Shown: piece after piece, positions 49,957 through 58,283 of the stretch
How positions within the stretch are numbered: the stretch's first letter is position 1
Layout of the letters: every line of letters begins with the position of its first letter
Assembly (NCBI GenBank): GCA_021794235.1
Contig: JAJYRE010000019.1
Span: 1-58,283, forward strand
From: Nanobdellota archaeon
Lineage (GTDB): Archaea > Nanobdellota > Nanobdellia > Parvarchaeales > Parvarchaeaceae
DNA length: 58,283 nt
Direction: 5' to 3'
Translations under genes and position numbers: made by a program
Notes under the pieces: model-generated
What the model saw: only the letters and a program-made list of their open reading frames with translations
What the model was told of the DNA's origin: nothing
Database searches by the model: none

Positions 49957-51222
49957 ATGTTTATAGAATTATTATCAGCTTTCGCGACCACTGCTTTCAC
50001 CGGGATCAATGCAGTCTGGGCTGGAAGCAATGTTTACAATTTCTACCCGTTGCTGAAGGTCCGTAAACTGGAGAAATCAGAGCATGTCGGAGTGGAAGAG
50101 AAACCAAAAGTGTCCGTATTGCTGCCAGCTTACAGGGAGGAGAAGGTCCTTCTGAACACCGTCAAAAGGATAGAAAGCAACAGATACAGCAATCTGGAAC
50201 TTATACTGATGACAGAAAAAGACGATTTCAAAACCGACAGGATGGCAGAATATCTTCATAGAAAATACAAAAATGTCATTCATGTACCGGTAGAGGACAA
50301 CGGAACGGCAAGAGGGAAGCCCAGAGCCCTCAACCAGGGCCTGAGCAAGGCGACCGGGGAGATCATCGGTGTTCTGGATGCGGAAGACTATGTATCCGAC
50401 GATCTCTTTGATACAGTCGCCTCATCGATAAAAGGCGAGGGATACGATGCGGTGCAGGGCCAGCTCAAGCTAAAGTCGGAAAAAGAGTCGTGGCTGGACA
50501 AGCAGTTCCGTGCTGAGTACGATTTCTTCTTCAGCGAGTACCTGCCTAGGTTATCAAAGCTGGATTATATACTGCCGTTTGGTGGCACCACAAACTTCTT
50601 CAGAAAAGAGCTTGTGGATGAGCTAGGTGGATGGAAAGAAGGCAATCTGACGGAAGATTATGAGCTGGCCGTGAGAGCAAGCATGAACTCGGCGAATACC
50701 AGCAAAAAATACAAGATAGGCATGATAGACGTCGTGACTACAGAGCAGACAACTCCGAATCTCAAGTCCTGGATGAAGCAGAGGACCAGATGGCAGCAGG
50801 GAAAACTACAGACAACAGTTGAGTATTCAAAGCGAAAATACGACCCCAAAAGCAAGGCAAAGATGTATATGGCAGGGTTAGGCGCGTTTTTCGGACCTAT
50901 AAACTTTACGGGTATCGGGATGAGTGCGTTATTTTACCTCGACCACCTGCCGGTTCCGCAGGTTATCAAACCGCTCGCATATTTCAATCTCTCATCCGCG
51001 GCTTTCTACTGCTATATACAGGGAAGATCCTACGAGAAGATTGCAAAGAAGGAAAATAGAAGCCACCCTTATCTAAAAGGGTTTCTGATCGGGGTTACAA
51101 CACCCGTCTACTGGGTGCTCCAGTGGGCCGCAAGCACAAGGGCCGTTTTCAGGGAACTGAAAAACATGAAGAACTGGGAGAAAACCGAACACACCCCTAT
51201 CGATTACTCAAAAAAGAACTAG
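49957..51222 (+). CDS. Processive glycosyltransferase family 2 (cellulose-synthase/NfrB-like)
   Basis: PAYREE, GKPRALN, DAED, TED, QRTRW (QxxRW), C-terminal WEKTEH; TM helices. Confidence 0.9.
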   Translation: MFIELLSAFATTAFTGINAVWAGSNVYNFYPLLKVRKLEKSEHVGVEEKPKVSVLLPAYREEKVLLNTVKRIESNRYSNLELILMTEKDDFKTDRMAEYLHRKYKNVIHVPVEDNGTARGKPRALNQGLSKATGEIIGVLDAEDYVSDDLFDTVASSIKGEGYDAVQGQLKLKSEKESWLDKQFRAEYDFFFSEYLPRLSKLDYILPFGGTTNFFRKELVDELGGWKEGNLTEDYELAVRASMNSANTSKKYKIGMIDVVTTEQTTPNLKSWMKQRTRWQQGKLQTTVEYSKRKYDPKSKAKMYMAGLGAFFGPINFTGIGMSALFYLDHLPVPQVIKPLAYFNLSSAAFYCYIQGRSYEKIAKKENRSHPYLKGFLIGVTTPVYWVLQWAASTRAVFRELKNMKNWEKTEHTPIDYSKKN

Positions 51223-51360
51223 TTTTATCCGATGACTTTTACCCTGACAGTCTGGATAAGGCCAAGCCTTTCAGGAGGCTGGCTCAACAAGCCGATACCA
51301 CGTTATAAGGGCTTGAGAACCATAAAAAACTTTAAATATAACAAGTTTAATTCATATAAA

Positions 51361-52629
51361 ATGAGCAATGGGGGCGACAATACTTCTATAAACCCTGCCG
51401 ATTCGGCCGAATCTGGTAAATTGCCGCCGGAATCTAAAATTAATACACAACTTATTGTATTGATAGGTATAATCATAGCGGCCGTGGCAATCCTGTATGT
51501 CCTATACCAGTTTAATGTAATCGCCGGGATAAGTTTTCTAGGCAACGCTCCGGTAACGACGTTTTCATCCGCCAATAGCTCATCACAGGCGACGTTTGAC
51601 GCGTCTAATATCTTTAAATCCAGCAGTAACTTCAATATAAGCTATAATTACTCTTCAACTGCGTACTCTTCTGTATTAGGCGTCAATCACAGTACCACTA
51701 CCTCTCAAAGTGCTTACATAAGCAAATACGGTGAATATTTTAAAAATGTAATAAATAATTCAGGAATCGTTAACACTACTGTCTATAACGGATCAGGCCT
51801 AACAGAATGCCTGAGTTTTCTAGGACTGCCAACCTGCACTTTTACCCCAGTTTCATCCGATGCTATAAATAAGTCAGGTATTTTTTCGCAGCTTTTCAAT
51901 AATAGCGCGACATCCAACTTAATGGGCTCTGTAAAAAATTCCAGTTTTAAAAATTTAGGTGAGAAAACCTACAACGGCAATAGGTGTACAATGTTTGGGC
52001 TGTCAACGGTCCTTAAAAACTACTCCGTGTCTTTCGGCATCTCATCCGCCATAAGCGGATACATAGACGAAAACATCTGCATCTCCGATGAGTTTGGCGT
52101 AATATTATACGGAAATATAGGTTATGAAGCCAAGGTAGTGACAAACTCGAGTTTTATCGGAACTGCAGTAACGGGCGGAGTCGTAGATATAACGTCAAAG
52201 TTAGGTCCTGCCCCCACCCAGTCTGAAGTCCTTAGTCTGCCTAATAGATCCTCATCCGGTTTCGGTACCGGCTCATATAACGGAACTATACCCGGCATAC
52301 CATCCAATCCGAATACCGTTGACGTTAACGGTACATCCTGCGGTAACTTTAGCACGTCAACATACCCTTCCAGTCATATTGAGGGAACCTGCAACTGGAC
52401 GGGTGGAATCATAAATATAAGCTACGCTGGAGGGACTGCAGGCTATGCTTCTGTGACGTTGACGGGAGAGAACAGTAAGGTATACTATTCCAACAGCACT
52501 ACACTGTGGTGCTCATCCGATCCTGCGTATTCCATCATAAATCTTCCAGCTCAGCAGTATACTGTCAGGCTGGGTGCAGGACGCGGCGGTGGAGACTGCG
52601 GTGACTCGTACGTTAAACTCAGCGGATAG
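51361..52629 (+). CDS. Membrane-anchored surface protein with C-terminal 4-Cys domain
   Basis: Start ATG 51361 after TATA tttaaata (51331-51338); single TM; C-terminal domain homologous to a segment of the giant adhesin. Confidence 0.78.
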   Translation: MSNGGDNTSINPADSAESGKLPPESKINTQLIVLIGIIIAAVAILYVLYQFNVIAGISFLGNAPVTTFSSANSSSQATFDASNIFKSSSNFNISYNYSSTAYSSVLGVNHSTTTSQSAYISKYGEYFKNVINNSGIVNTTVYNGSGLTECLSFLGLPTCTFTPVSSDAINKSGIFSQLFNNSATSNLMGSVKNSSFKNLGEKTYNGNRCTMFGLSTVLKNYSVSFGISSAISGYIDENICISDEFGVILYGNIGYEAKVVTNSSFIGTAVTGGVVDITSKLGPAPTQSEVLSLPNRSSSGFGTGSYNGTIPGIPSNPNTVDVNGTSCGNFSTSTYPSSHIEGTCNWTGGIINISYAGGTAGYASVTLTGENSKVYYSNSTTLWCSSDPAYSIINLPAQQYTVRLGAGRGGGDCGDSYVKLSG

Positions 52630-52638
52630 ACCCTTCCG

Positions 52639-53265
52639 CTAACCGAGTAGTTTCAGAATTTCATTCAGGTCGGTGATATTTGCGTTGGCTATGTCCAGTT
52701 TTTCGCCGTCTCTGGAGATAAATACGGTGAAGGAACCTATCTGCTTTCCGGGTATTATATCGTTGTAGCTGTCGCCAACCACCATTCCCTTTTTTGGATC
52801 AGTGCCTATCCTTCTGAATGCTTCTACAAAAATCGCCGGGTCAGGCTTTCCTCTTTCGACTATGTCTGAGCTGATTATCGAATCTGCTAATTTGTCTATG
52901 GAGGTTATCTCTATCACCTTTGTAAGCAGGTCCTGCCCAAGGCCGGTTGCAACGGCTATTTTTATGTGTCTTTTTCTTATATCCTGCAGCACCCCCACTG
53001 TTTCGGGGTAAAAAAGAGGGCTGTTTAGCAGTTTGACGGCTTCGTCCCTTCTTTTTGACACAAGCATTTTTGCTGTGGACTCATCTGCGCCCGGAAGGTA
53101 TTTTTTTATTATATCTCTTGACGAGACTCCTTTTGTTTTTTCGTATAGTTCATCCGCTGAAATCTGAAGACCGCCCTCCTTGAAAGCATTAGACCATGCA
53201 ATTGACAGTGTCCTAGCGGTATCTATAAGCGTCCCGTCAAGGTCGAACACTATGCCGTCAATCAT
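52639..53265 (-). CDS. HAD-superfamily phosphatase
   Basis: FDLDGTL, ATG, KPDP and VGDS-x-x-D motifs. Confidence 0.92.
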   Translation of the reverse strand: MIDGIVFDLDGTLIDTARTLSIAWSNAFKEGGLQISADELYEKTKGVSSRDIIKKYLPGADESTAKMLVSKRRDEAVKLLNSPLFYPETVGVLQDIRKRHIKIAVATGLGQDLLTKVIEITSIDKLADSIISSDIVERGKPDPAIFVEAFRRIGTDPKKGMVVGDSYNDIIPGKQIGSFTVFISRDGEKLDIANANITDLNEILKLLG

Positions 53266-53442
53266 ATAAGTTTCTATCCGTATAGGATTAAATAGTGTAG
53301 GCTTTTTGGATGCTTTCTACTGGAAACCATGCAATTAGAAGATCCGGCAATTTCTAAGTGGACATCCACCCATATGAGAGTGTAAGATGGAATAGGAAGC
53401 ATGGCTTAACTTTACAGATGTGTTGAGTTTGCATTATAAATA

Positions 53443-53469
53443 TTTATATATGGATATATCATATATAAA
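53443..53469 (+). promoter_or_regulatory. Inverted repeat overlapping the TATA box of the MNT-HEPN operon (candidate operator)
   Basis: tttatatatg-N7-catatataaa, ending 3 nt before ATG 53473. Confidence 0.55.
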
Positions 53470-53472
53470 AAT

Positions 53473-54060
53473 ATGGCAAAGAAGACCTATAAACCAACTA
53501 TGCTCACGCAGGAAGCCTATAACACATTGAATAACGCCAGAATATATCTGCAGAAACGAACTTCCAGCAGGATAACATTTAACGATACCATATCCGAGTT
53601 TATAGGCAAAAAGCTCGCTTTAATGGAGTTAGAACCGACTCTAAGGGAGTATATCTTCAGTTTCGTAGAACAAATATCGAAATCAAGTGAAATTCGTGGA
53701 GTTATCCTGTACGGTTCTGTAGCCAAAGGCACGTCCGGTAAATTTAGTGATATCGACCTCTTTATTATGATAGAAGGGGATGAACAAGCCTTTTATGAAA
53801 AAACCGCCAGGGCGGCGTTTGAAAATACCGAAAAAATCCACAAAGAACTGTTGTCAAAGGGGATTTACTCATCTATAAGTCCATTAATCCTGTCTTTGAA
53901 AAGATTATCAGAGTTCAGTCCGCTCTTCCTGGATATATTAGATTACGGAATAGTCCTTTACGATAGGAAAAATACTGCAGATGACTTTTTATCCTCGTTA
54001 AGAAAAATAAAACACAAGCGGCTAAAAATCGCAGGCGTGGAGGTTCTGGAATGGACGTAG
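53473..54060 (+). CDS. Minimal nucleotidyltransferase (MNT) antitoxin with N-terminal putative DNA-binding extension
   Basis: LYGSVAKG...SDIDL (GS-x10-DxD); N-terminal EAY..L...TFNDTI resembles RHH/VapB-type antitoxins. Confidence 0.85.
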   Translation: MAKKTYKPTMLTQEAYNTLNNARIYLQKRTSSRITFNDTISEFIGKKLALMELEPTLREYIFSFVEQISKSSEIRGVILYGSVAKGTSGKFSDIDLFIMIEGDEQAFYEKTARAAFENTEKIHKELLSKGIYSSISPLILSLKRLSEFSPLFLDILDYGIVLYDRKNTADDFLSSLRKIKHKRLKIAGVEVLEWT

Positions 54061-54458
54061 AGAAAGTAAAAGCCGCCTTAGACAATTCGGATACGTGGTT
54101 GGGCTCCGCAAAAAGCAACTTCAGAGACGGTCAGTACAGTGCCGCCCTTTATAGTCTGGAAATGGCCGCTGAGATAGCCCTCAAATCTGTATTGCTGTCG
54201 ATAAATGTAAACGTTCCAAAGGTGCATGATATCTCTTCTTTAGTCGTAAAGTACGCGGAGGAAAATAAAAAGCTAAACATAATAAGGGAAAATGAGAAAT
54301 TCATAAAAGAAGTCTTCTTGGACCTTCTTACCTACAGGAATTCGGCCGGTTATATGTTTGAATACAGAAAATCCGAGAATGAATTTAAGAAATTGGTGAC
54401 GGAGTACCTGCCAAAAACAGAAAAGCTTATAGACATCTGTAGAAAGACAGCGCATTGA
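54051..54458 (+). CDS. HEPN domain protein (MNT partner)
   Basis: A..W..SA...Y..A...EMAAEIALK...PKVHDI...RNSAGY; overlaps the MNT gene by 10 nt. Confidence 0.88.
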   Translation: MDVEKVKAALDNSDTWLGSAKSNFRDGQYSAALYSLEMAAEIALKSVLLSINVNVPKVHDISSLVVKYAEENKKLNIIRENEKFIKEVFLDLLTYRNSAGYMFEYRKSENEFKKLVTEYLPKTEKLIDICRKTAH

Positions 54459-54696
54459 TTAGAATTGTTTAATAGGAAGCTTCACAATGTGTTCGTTCTC
54501 TAGACGACAAATGAAGTTTGGATTGAAATTTGTAGATCGGTGCATTTCTCATATAATTTCTACATCGTAACACAGTTCGGGAACCGCATATTTTGTAAAA
54601 TTTAGGGTAGTTTGCGGCATTTGTAAATGCGGGTTTTGCGTATAATGTTTTCTTATCCATTTATAGTTAGTTAAGATGCCTTTTTATTTATGAAAA

Positions 54697-56127
54697 ATGT
54701 CCTATTCTATGCGAGGACGACAGGACACCAGCGGTATTACTGAAAGCATAAACAATGCTTCTCTGGGCCTTTTCCATTACAAGACGCTTCTTATATCCGG
54801 AATGGGCTTTCTGACGGATGCGTACGATCTTTTCATAATAAGTACAGTCCTTAGTCTACTACCCCTTGCAGGATGGAGTATCAGCGTAGGACAGACGGCT
54901 CTGATAGGCTCGATATCCCTTCTTTCAGCTGTCATAGGATCCTCAATGTTCGGAGTCTTCCTGGACAAATTCGGAAGGAAGTCCGTGTACGGCATAGAAC
55001 TTATACTTCTAATCGGCGGTGCTCTGGGCAGTGCATTCGCCACACCCTTCAATAACGTGTATATACTGGCAATCTGGCGTTTTCTACTTGGGTTAGGGAT
55101 AGGCGGGGATTACGCCGCAAGTTCCGTTATAATGTCCGAATATTCGAATACGAAGAACAGAGGAAGACTCCTCGGGATGGTATTTTCCATGCAGAGCATA
55201 GGTCTTGCGTTGGGCCCATTGATAGCTCTCGGGCTGATCTCTTCCGGTCTTTCCGCAGCTATAGTCTGGAGGCTGCTGCTTGCGATAGGGGCAATCCCTT
55301 CGGCGATAGTGATATACTACAGGAGGAAGATGCCGGAGACTCCAAAATATGCGGCTAGAGTAAAGGGAAACATAGGGCAGATAGCGGGAAAGCTAAAGAA
55401 CTACACAGGTCTGAAGATGGTTGCAAGATCAAGGAACTCCAAGCTTGTAAAGGCCAACTGGAAAACACTCTTTACGGACAGGCGGCTTCTTCTTATACTA
55501 CTGGCGACCGCAGGAACATGGTTTGCCATGGACTGGTCATTTTATGGGAATACGATAATGGGCGGAAATATCTATAAAGCGCTCATTCCAACAGGCCTGT
55601 CGGCGATTCAGGGATTGATACTGCACACAAAATACGAGGCGCTGATCTTCGGAGTCGGTGCCCTTCCAGGTTACTGGCTGGCAGCGTTTACAATCGACAG
55701 GCTAGGAAGGAAGTTCATACAGATGCTGGGATTTGCCATGATGGCTGTATTGTTTTTCATAATATACGCATTTCCTTTCCTCGCGGCTGCACAGTACATA
55801 TTCGATTTTATTATAATATACGGCTTGAGTTACTTCTTTGTAGAATTCGGGCCAAACATGACTACCTTTATCTACCCGCCGGAGGTCTTCCCGGTTTCTC
55901 TTAGAGGATTGGGTAGCGGATTAGCAGCGGCGGGTGGAAAAATAGGTGCGTTTATAGGAACGGCTGTTGATGCATTTCTTTTCGCACAGGCCGGTGGTAT
56001 AGGAAAGGTGATGCTGATATCGGTAATTCTTTCAATTATAGGGCTACTGTTGACGATATTCATCCTTCCTGAGACCAAGCAGAGAGATATAGAAGACACT
56101 TCTCAGGAGAGCCGTTTTCAGACGTGA
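54697..56127 (+). CDS. MFS transporter, Pho84-like phosphate:H+ symporter family
   Basis: GFLTDAYDLF, DKFGRK, GIGGDY...MSEY, PETPKY, FGPN-x-TTF...EVFP. Confidence 0.85.
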   Translation: MSYSMRGRQDTSGITESINNASLGLFHYKTLLISGMGFLTDAYDLFIISTVLSLLPLAGWSISVGQTALIGSISLLSAVIGSSMFGVFLDKFGRKSVYGIELILLIGGALGSAFATPFNNVYILAIWRFLLGLGIGGDYAASSVIMSEYSNTKNRGRLLGMVFSMQSIGLALGPLIALGLISSGLSAAIVWRLLLAIGAIPSAIVIYYRRKMPETPKYAARVKGNIGQIAGKLKNYTGLKMVARSRNSKLVKANWKTLFTDRRLLLILLATAGTWFAMDWSFYGNTIMGGNIYKALIPTGLSAIQGLILHTKYEALIFGVGALPGYWLAAFTIDRLGRKFIQMLGFAMMAVLFFIIYAFPFLAAAQYIFDFIIIYGLSYFFVEFGPNMTTFIYPPEVFPVSLRGLGSGLAAAGGKIGAFIGTAVDAFLFAQAGGIGKVMLISVILSIIGLLLTIFILPETKQRDIEDTSQESRFQT

Positions 56128-56184
56128 GGGACCGGTTTTCGGCTATGGAAGCTTTAAATAGGGGCACACTTCATAAATATTAGA

Positions 56185-56631
56185 ATGGTAATGGATTCCA
56201 AAAACCTTGACAGCATTCTGGATAAACCAAAAACACTTCTTTCTAGGGTTTCAATAGCTAACAACGAAGAATTAAAATATCGTGGTTATAACGTTTCTCT
56301 AGCAAACGGTAAAAATTTGAAATATCAAGGTTCGTGGTTGTACTCGTCAAATGGCGAGAGCCCGTACACCGGAAAGAATGTAGAGGTTCTTAATCAGTAT
56401 ACTCACGAGAAGGAGACTGTTAGGCTAAACCTGCATCAAAGAGTAGCATTGGCCCTGGGTCGCCCTGTAAAAGAGAGTGTACGCAGATACGACGGTTGGG
56501 GGAAGGAGGGCCTAATATTTTATGTTTTTAAGTACAAGGACAAGGGGCATACATTTCTGATGCTTGATTATCCCCACAGTCATGACTACCATTTCCATAC
56601 CGATTACCGCGGTAGCGACGCAGTCCAGTAG
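56185..56631 (+). CDS. Hypothetical protein (orphan; KNLDSILD N-terminal motif)
   Basis: TATA tttaaata ~25 nt upstream; no recognised domain. Confidence 0.7.
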   Translation: MVMDSKNLDSILDKPKTLLSRVSIANNEELKYRGYNVSLANGKNLKYQGSWLYSSNGESPYTGKNVEVLNQYTHEKETVRLNLHQRVALALGRPVKESVRRYDGWGKEGLIFYVFKYKDKGHTFLMLDYPHSHDYHFHTDYRGSDAVQ

Positions 56632-56704
56632 ATCTGATCGGGTTCTGAACGGTAATTTTTATCAGTCCTTCGCGGATAATTTCGCATTTTAGTCAGTTTC
56701 CCAC

Positions 56705-56850
56705 TATTTTTATATAATGATATTATATCATTATAAATAATATTATTTATATAAGTACTATATCACAAATTAAATTTAATATCGGAAATATACTATATGA
56801 TATTATTATATAATTATTAAGTATAATAATTATAATTATATAACATAATA
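56705..56850. other. Extremely AT-rich intergenic element with nested palindromes
   Basis: 11-bp-arm IR at 56713-56735, perfect 20-bp palindrome at 56732-56751, 12-bp at 56769-56780, 14-bp at 56826-56839. Confidence 0.6.
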
Positions 56851-56941
56851 AGCGCAATAGTTTGCGACGTTTTTCTTCTTTTTTATACAATATATATGGG
56901 AAAATGCCTAAAAATAAATAGGAAGAGACCCCTAATTAAAT

Positions 56942-57340
56942 ATGCGTCAGAAAAGAATGCACGGTAGCGACATAGAAAAAGGGCTGAATATGCTCGGCTT
57001 CCCGTTTAGAGTCATATTTTCATTCATATTGGTGATGTTCCTGATCCTTGTTTTTTTATCGCTTGTATCGCTCGGGTTTTACTATAAATTTAATACGCCG
57101 ATAAACTGGCTTGGGAACGCCTGGAGCGCCTGGGGCGGCCTTTGGGTCGTACTGGCGGTAATATTCATATTCTTCCGGCCATGGTGGAGATGGTCATACT
57201 ACTGGAATGATTACAGGCACAGGGGACTTGATGAAGGCATCTCCACGAACATCGCAATGCACAGGGCAAGGATGAGGTTTGCTTCCGGTGAGATCTCCGA
57301 AAAAGAGTACAAGAATATAATAAATAACCTTAAAAATTGA
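56942..57340 (+). CDS. Two-TM membrane protein with C-terminal SHOCT domain
   Basis: ARMRFASGEISEKEY SHOCT motif; Trp-rich TM region. Confidence 0.85.
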   Translation: MRQKRMHGSDIEKGLNMLGFPFRVIFSFILVMFLILVFLSLVSLGFYYKFNTPINWLGNAWSAWGGLWVVLAVIFIFFRPWWRWSYYWNDYRHRGLDEGISTNIAMHRARMRFASGEISEKEYKNIINNLKN

Positions 57341-57364
57341 TAGCAATAATATTGTTATTCTAAT

Positions 57365-57874
57365 TTAATGTTTATAGTGCTCAGCAAAGTATCTTTTTTC
57401 GTAGTTTTGGTGGTTTTCAGCCATCTCTGCATGTGCGAGCGGTTGCGGGTATGCTAGTTCCTTTGTCCGATCATCGTAATAGTACAGCTGCTCCCTGGCC
57501 TGTCTTTCCACCCTCTCTAGGTTCCTTAGCCTGTTCTCTTGCTCCCGCTTTACCGATTCCCATGCACGCTTAAGGTCCTCCTCTTTTTCCTCTTTTCTGA
57601 TTAGGTGCATCCCCGCTAATCCGTAGGCTGCCATGATGGCTACACCGGTTATCTCTAGACCGTTTCCAAAGCCGGATGAACCGTTGCTATTCGCATACGC
57701 TCCTCCAAGAAACAAAGGGAGCCCATACAAAAACCTCATAAGAAAATTATTCGGAAAATCCTTTGATTTCCTGTTGCCTATGAATATATTTTGTAACCCT
57801 TCTTTTAGTTTGTAGAATCCACCGTTCGCGTCAGTTGTTACTGATAATTGCTCCTCTAATTTATGACTGGCCAT
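57365..57874 (-). CDS. Hypothetical protein (two TM helices plus coiled coil)
   Basis: Start MASHKLEEQL at 57874; Gly-rich hydrophobic hairpin followed by an E/R/K-rich helix. Confidence 0.7.
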   Translation of the reverse strand: MASHKLEEQLSVTTDANGGFYKLKEGLQNIFIGNRKSKDFPNNFLMRFLYGLPLFLGGAYANSNGSSGFGNGLEITGVAIMAAYGLAGMHLIRKEEKEEDLKRAWESVKREQENRLRNLERVERQAREQLYYYDDRTKELAYPQPLAHAEMAENHQNYEKRYFAEHYKH

Positions 57875-57954
57875 TTTATTACTAATTCGGCTAAATTTAT
57901 AATCTTTATCGTATCCAAAATCAACTATATAAGCGAACAAATACTTTGTATTTT

Positions 57955-58278
57955 ATGGTTGCGTTCATAGACGAACTGGCGTATTATCTGTTCGGTATAG
58001 CCTTCGCAGCCTTTTTACTTGCTTACTTAGCATCCGTAATGTACCTTTCCTACCGTAAGGATAGGATGGATATGCGCAGCCATCTGGAAGACATGTCTGT
58101 ACCTCTGGGATTCCTCGGCGGATATCTCCTGGTAATGGGTGCAATCTCCCAAATGACATGGTTCCTTCCGGGCGCGTATAATATATTGTTCTATGATCCG
58201 ATGGTATCATTGGGCCTTTTACTGTTGATATTTGCGTTTTCGATAAAGATGAAGTTTAAGCTGCAGTTTACCGGCTAG
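57955..58278 (+). CDS. DUF981-like membrane protein, probably truncated at the contig end
   Basis: FID-x-L...W-x-LPG-x-YNILF-x-DP pattern; the TAG stop overlaps a probable adapter remnant. Confidence 0.7.
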   Translation: MVAFIDELAYYLFGIAFAAFLLAYLASVMYLSYRKDRMDMRSHLEDMSVPLGFLGGYLLVMGAISQMTWFLPGAYNILFYDPMVSLGLLLLIFAFSIKMKFKLQFTG

Positions 58279-58283
58279 ATCGG

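Noticed and set aside
51232-51360. N-terminal extension of the 51232-52629 ORF
   Set aside because: A TATA box at 51331 and ATG 51361 indicate a later start. The same logic was used to trim the 5075, 13855 and 57940 starts.
54469-54660. 63-aa ORF and short inverted repeat (gcattt-gt-aaatgc) upstream of the phosphate transporter
   Set aside because: The ORF has no recognisable features, and the 6-bp arms are too short to distinguish from chance.
245-58210. Numerous antisense or overlapping ORFs in the track (e.g. 245-742, 7501-8088, 14006-14578, 19107-19754, 32336-32770)
   Set aside because: They are shadows of well-supported genes on the other strand or frame and carry no motifs.
1-58283. 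7-bp terminal inverted repeat (ccgatct / agatcgg) suggesting a linear or mobile element
   Set aside because: It matches the Illumina adapter sequence, and the gene content is chromosomal.

Overview
Archaeal contig, most consistent with an acidophilic DPANN (ARMAN-type Parvarchaeota/Micrarchaeota) genome. This is inferred from TATA-led, largely leaderless genes, thermopsin-type 'F-x-E-x-GLP' Ig-like repeats, DUF2341-like modules and DPANN-style class III signal peptides. Housekeeping and stress genes (ppsA, Fe/Mn SOD, DEAD-box helicase, Y-family polymerase, AlkA-like glycosylase, ABC and MFS transporters, NUDIX, Ham1-like pyrophosphatase, adenosine-deaminase-like enzyme, MNT-HEPN pair) are interspersed with many orphan genes. 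About 23 kb encodes surface proteins: two paralogous ~1000-aa pilin-signal adhesins, a beta-propeller protein and a 4712-aa giant adhesin. Main observations: (i) a modular adhesin toolkit with nested domain insertions and DNA-level homogenisation at module junctions; (ii) about nine otherwise mostly unrelated orphans, including two pseudokinase paralogs, share an N-terminal K-x-L-[DE]-x-x-[LI] motif that could be a targeting/export tag. No rRNA, tRNA, CRISPR array, transposase or reverse transcriptase was recognised. Both contig ends carry probable Illumina adapter remnants. All family assignments come from motif recognition by eye, with no database searches.
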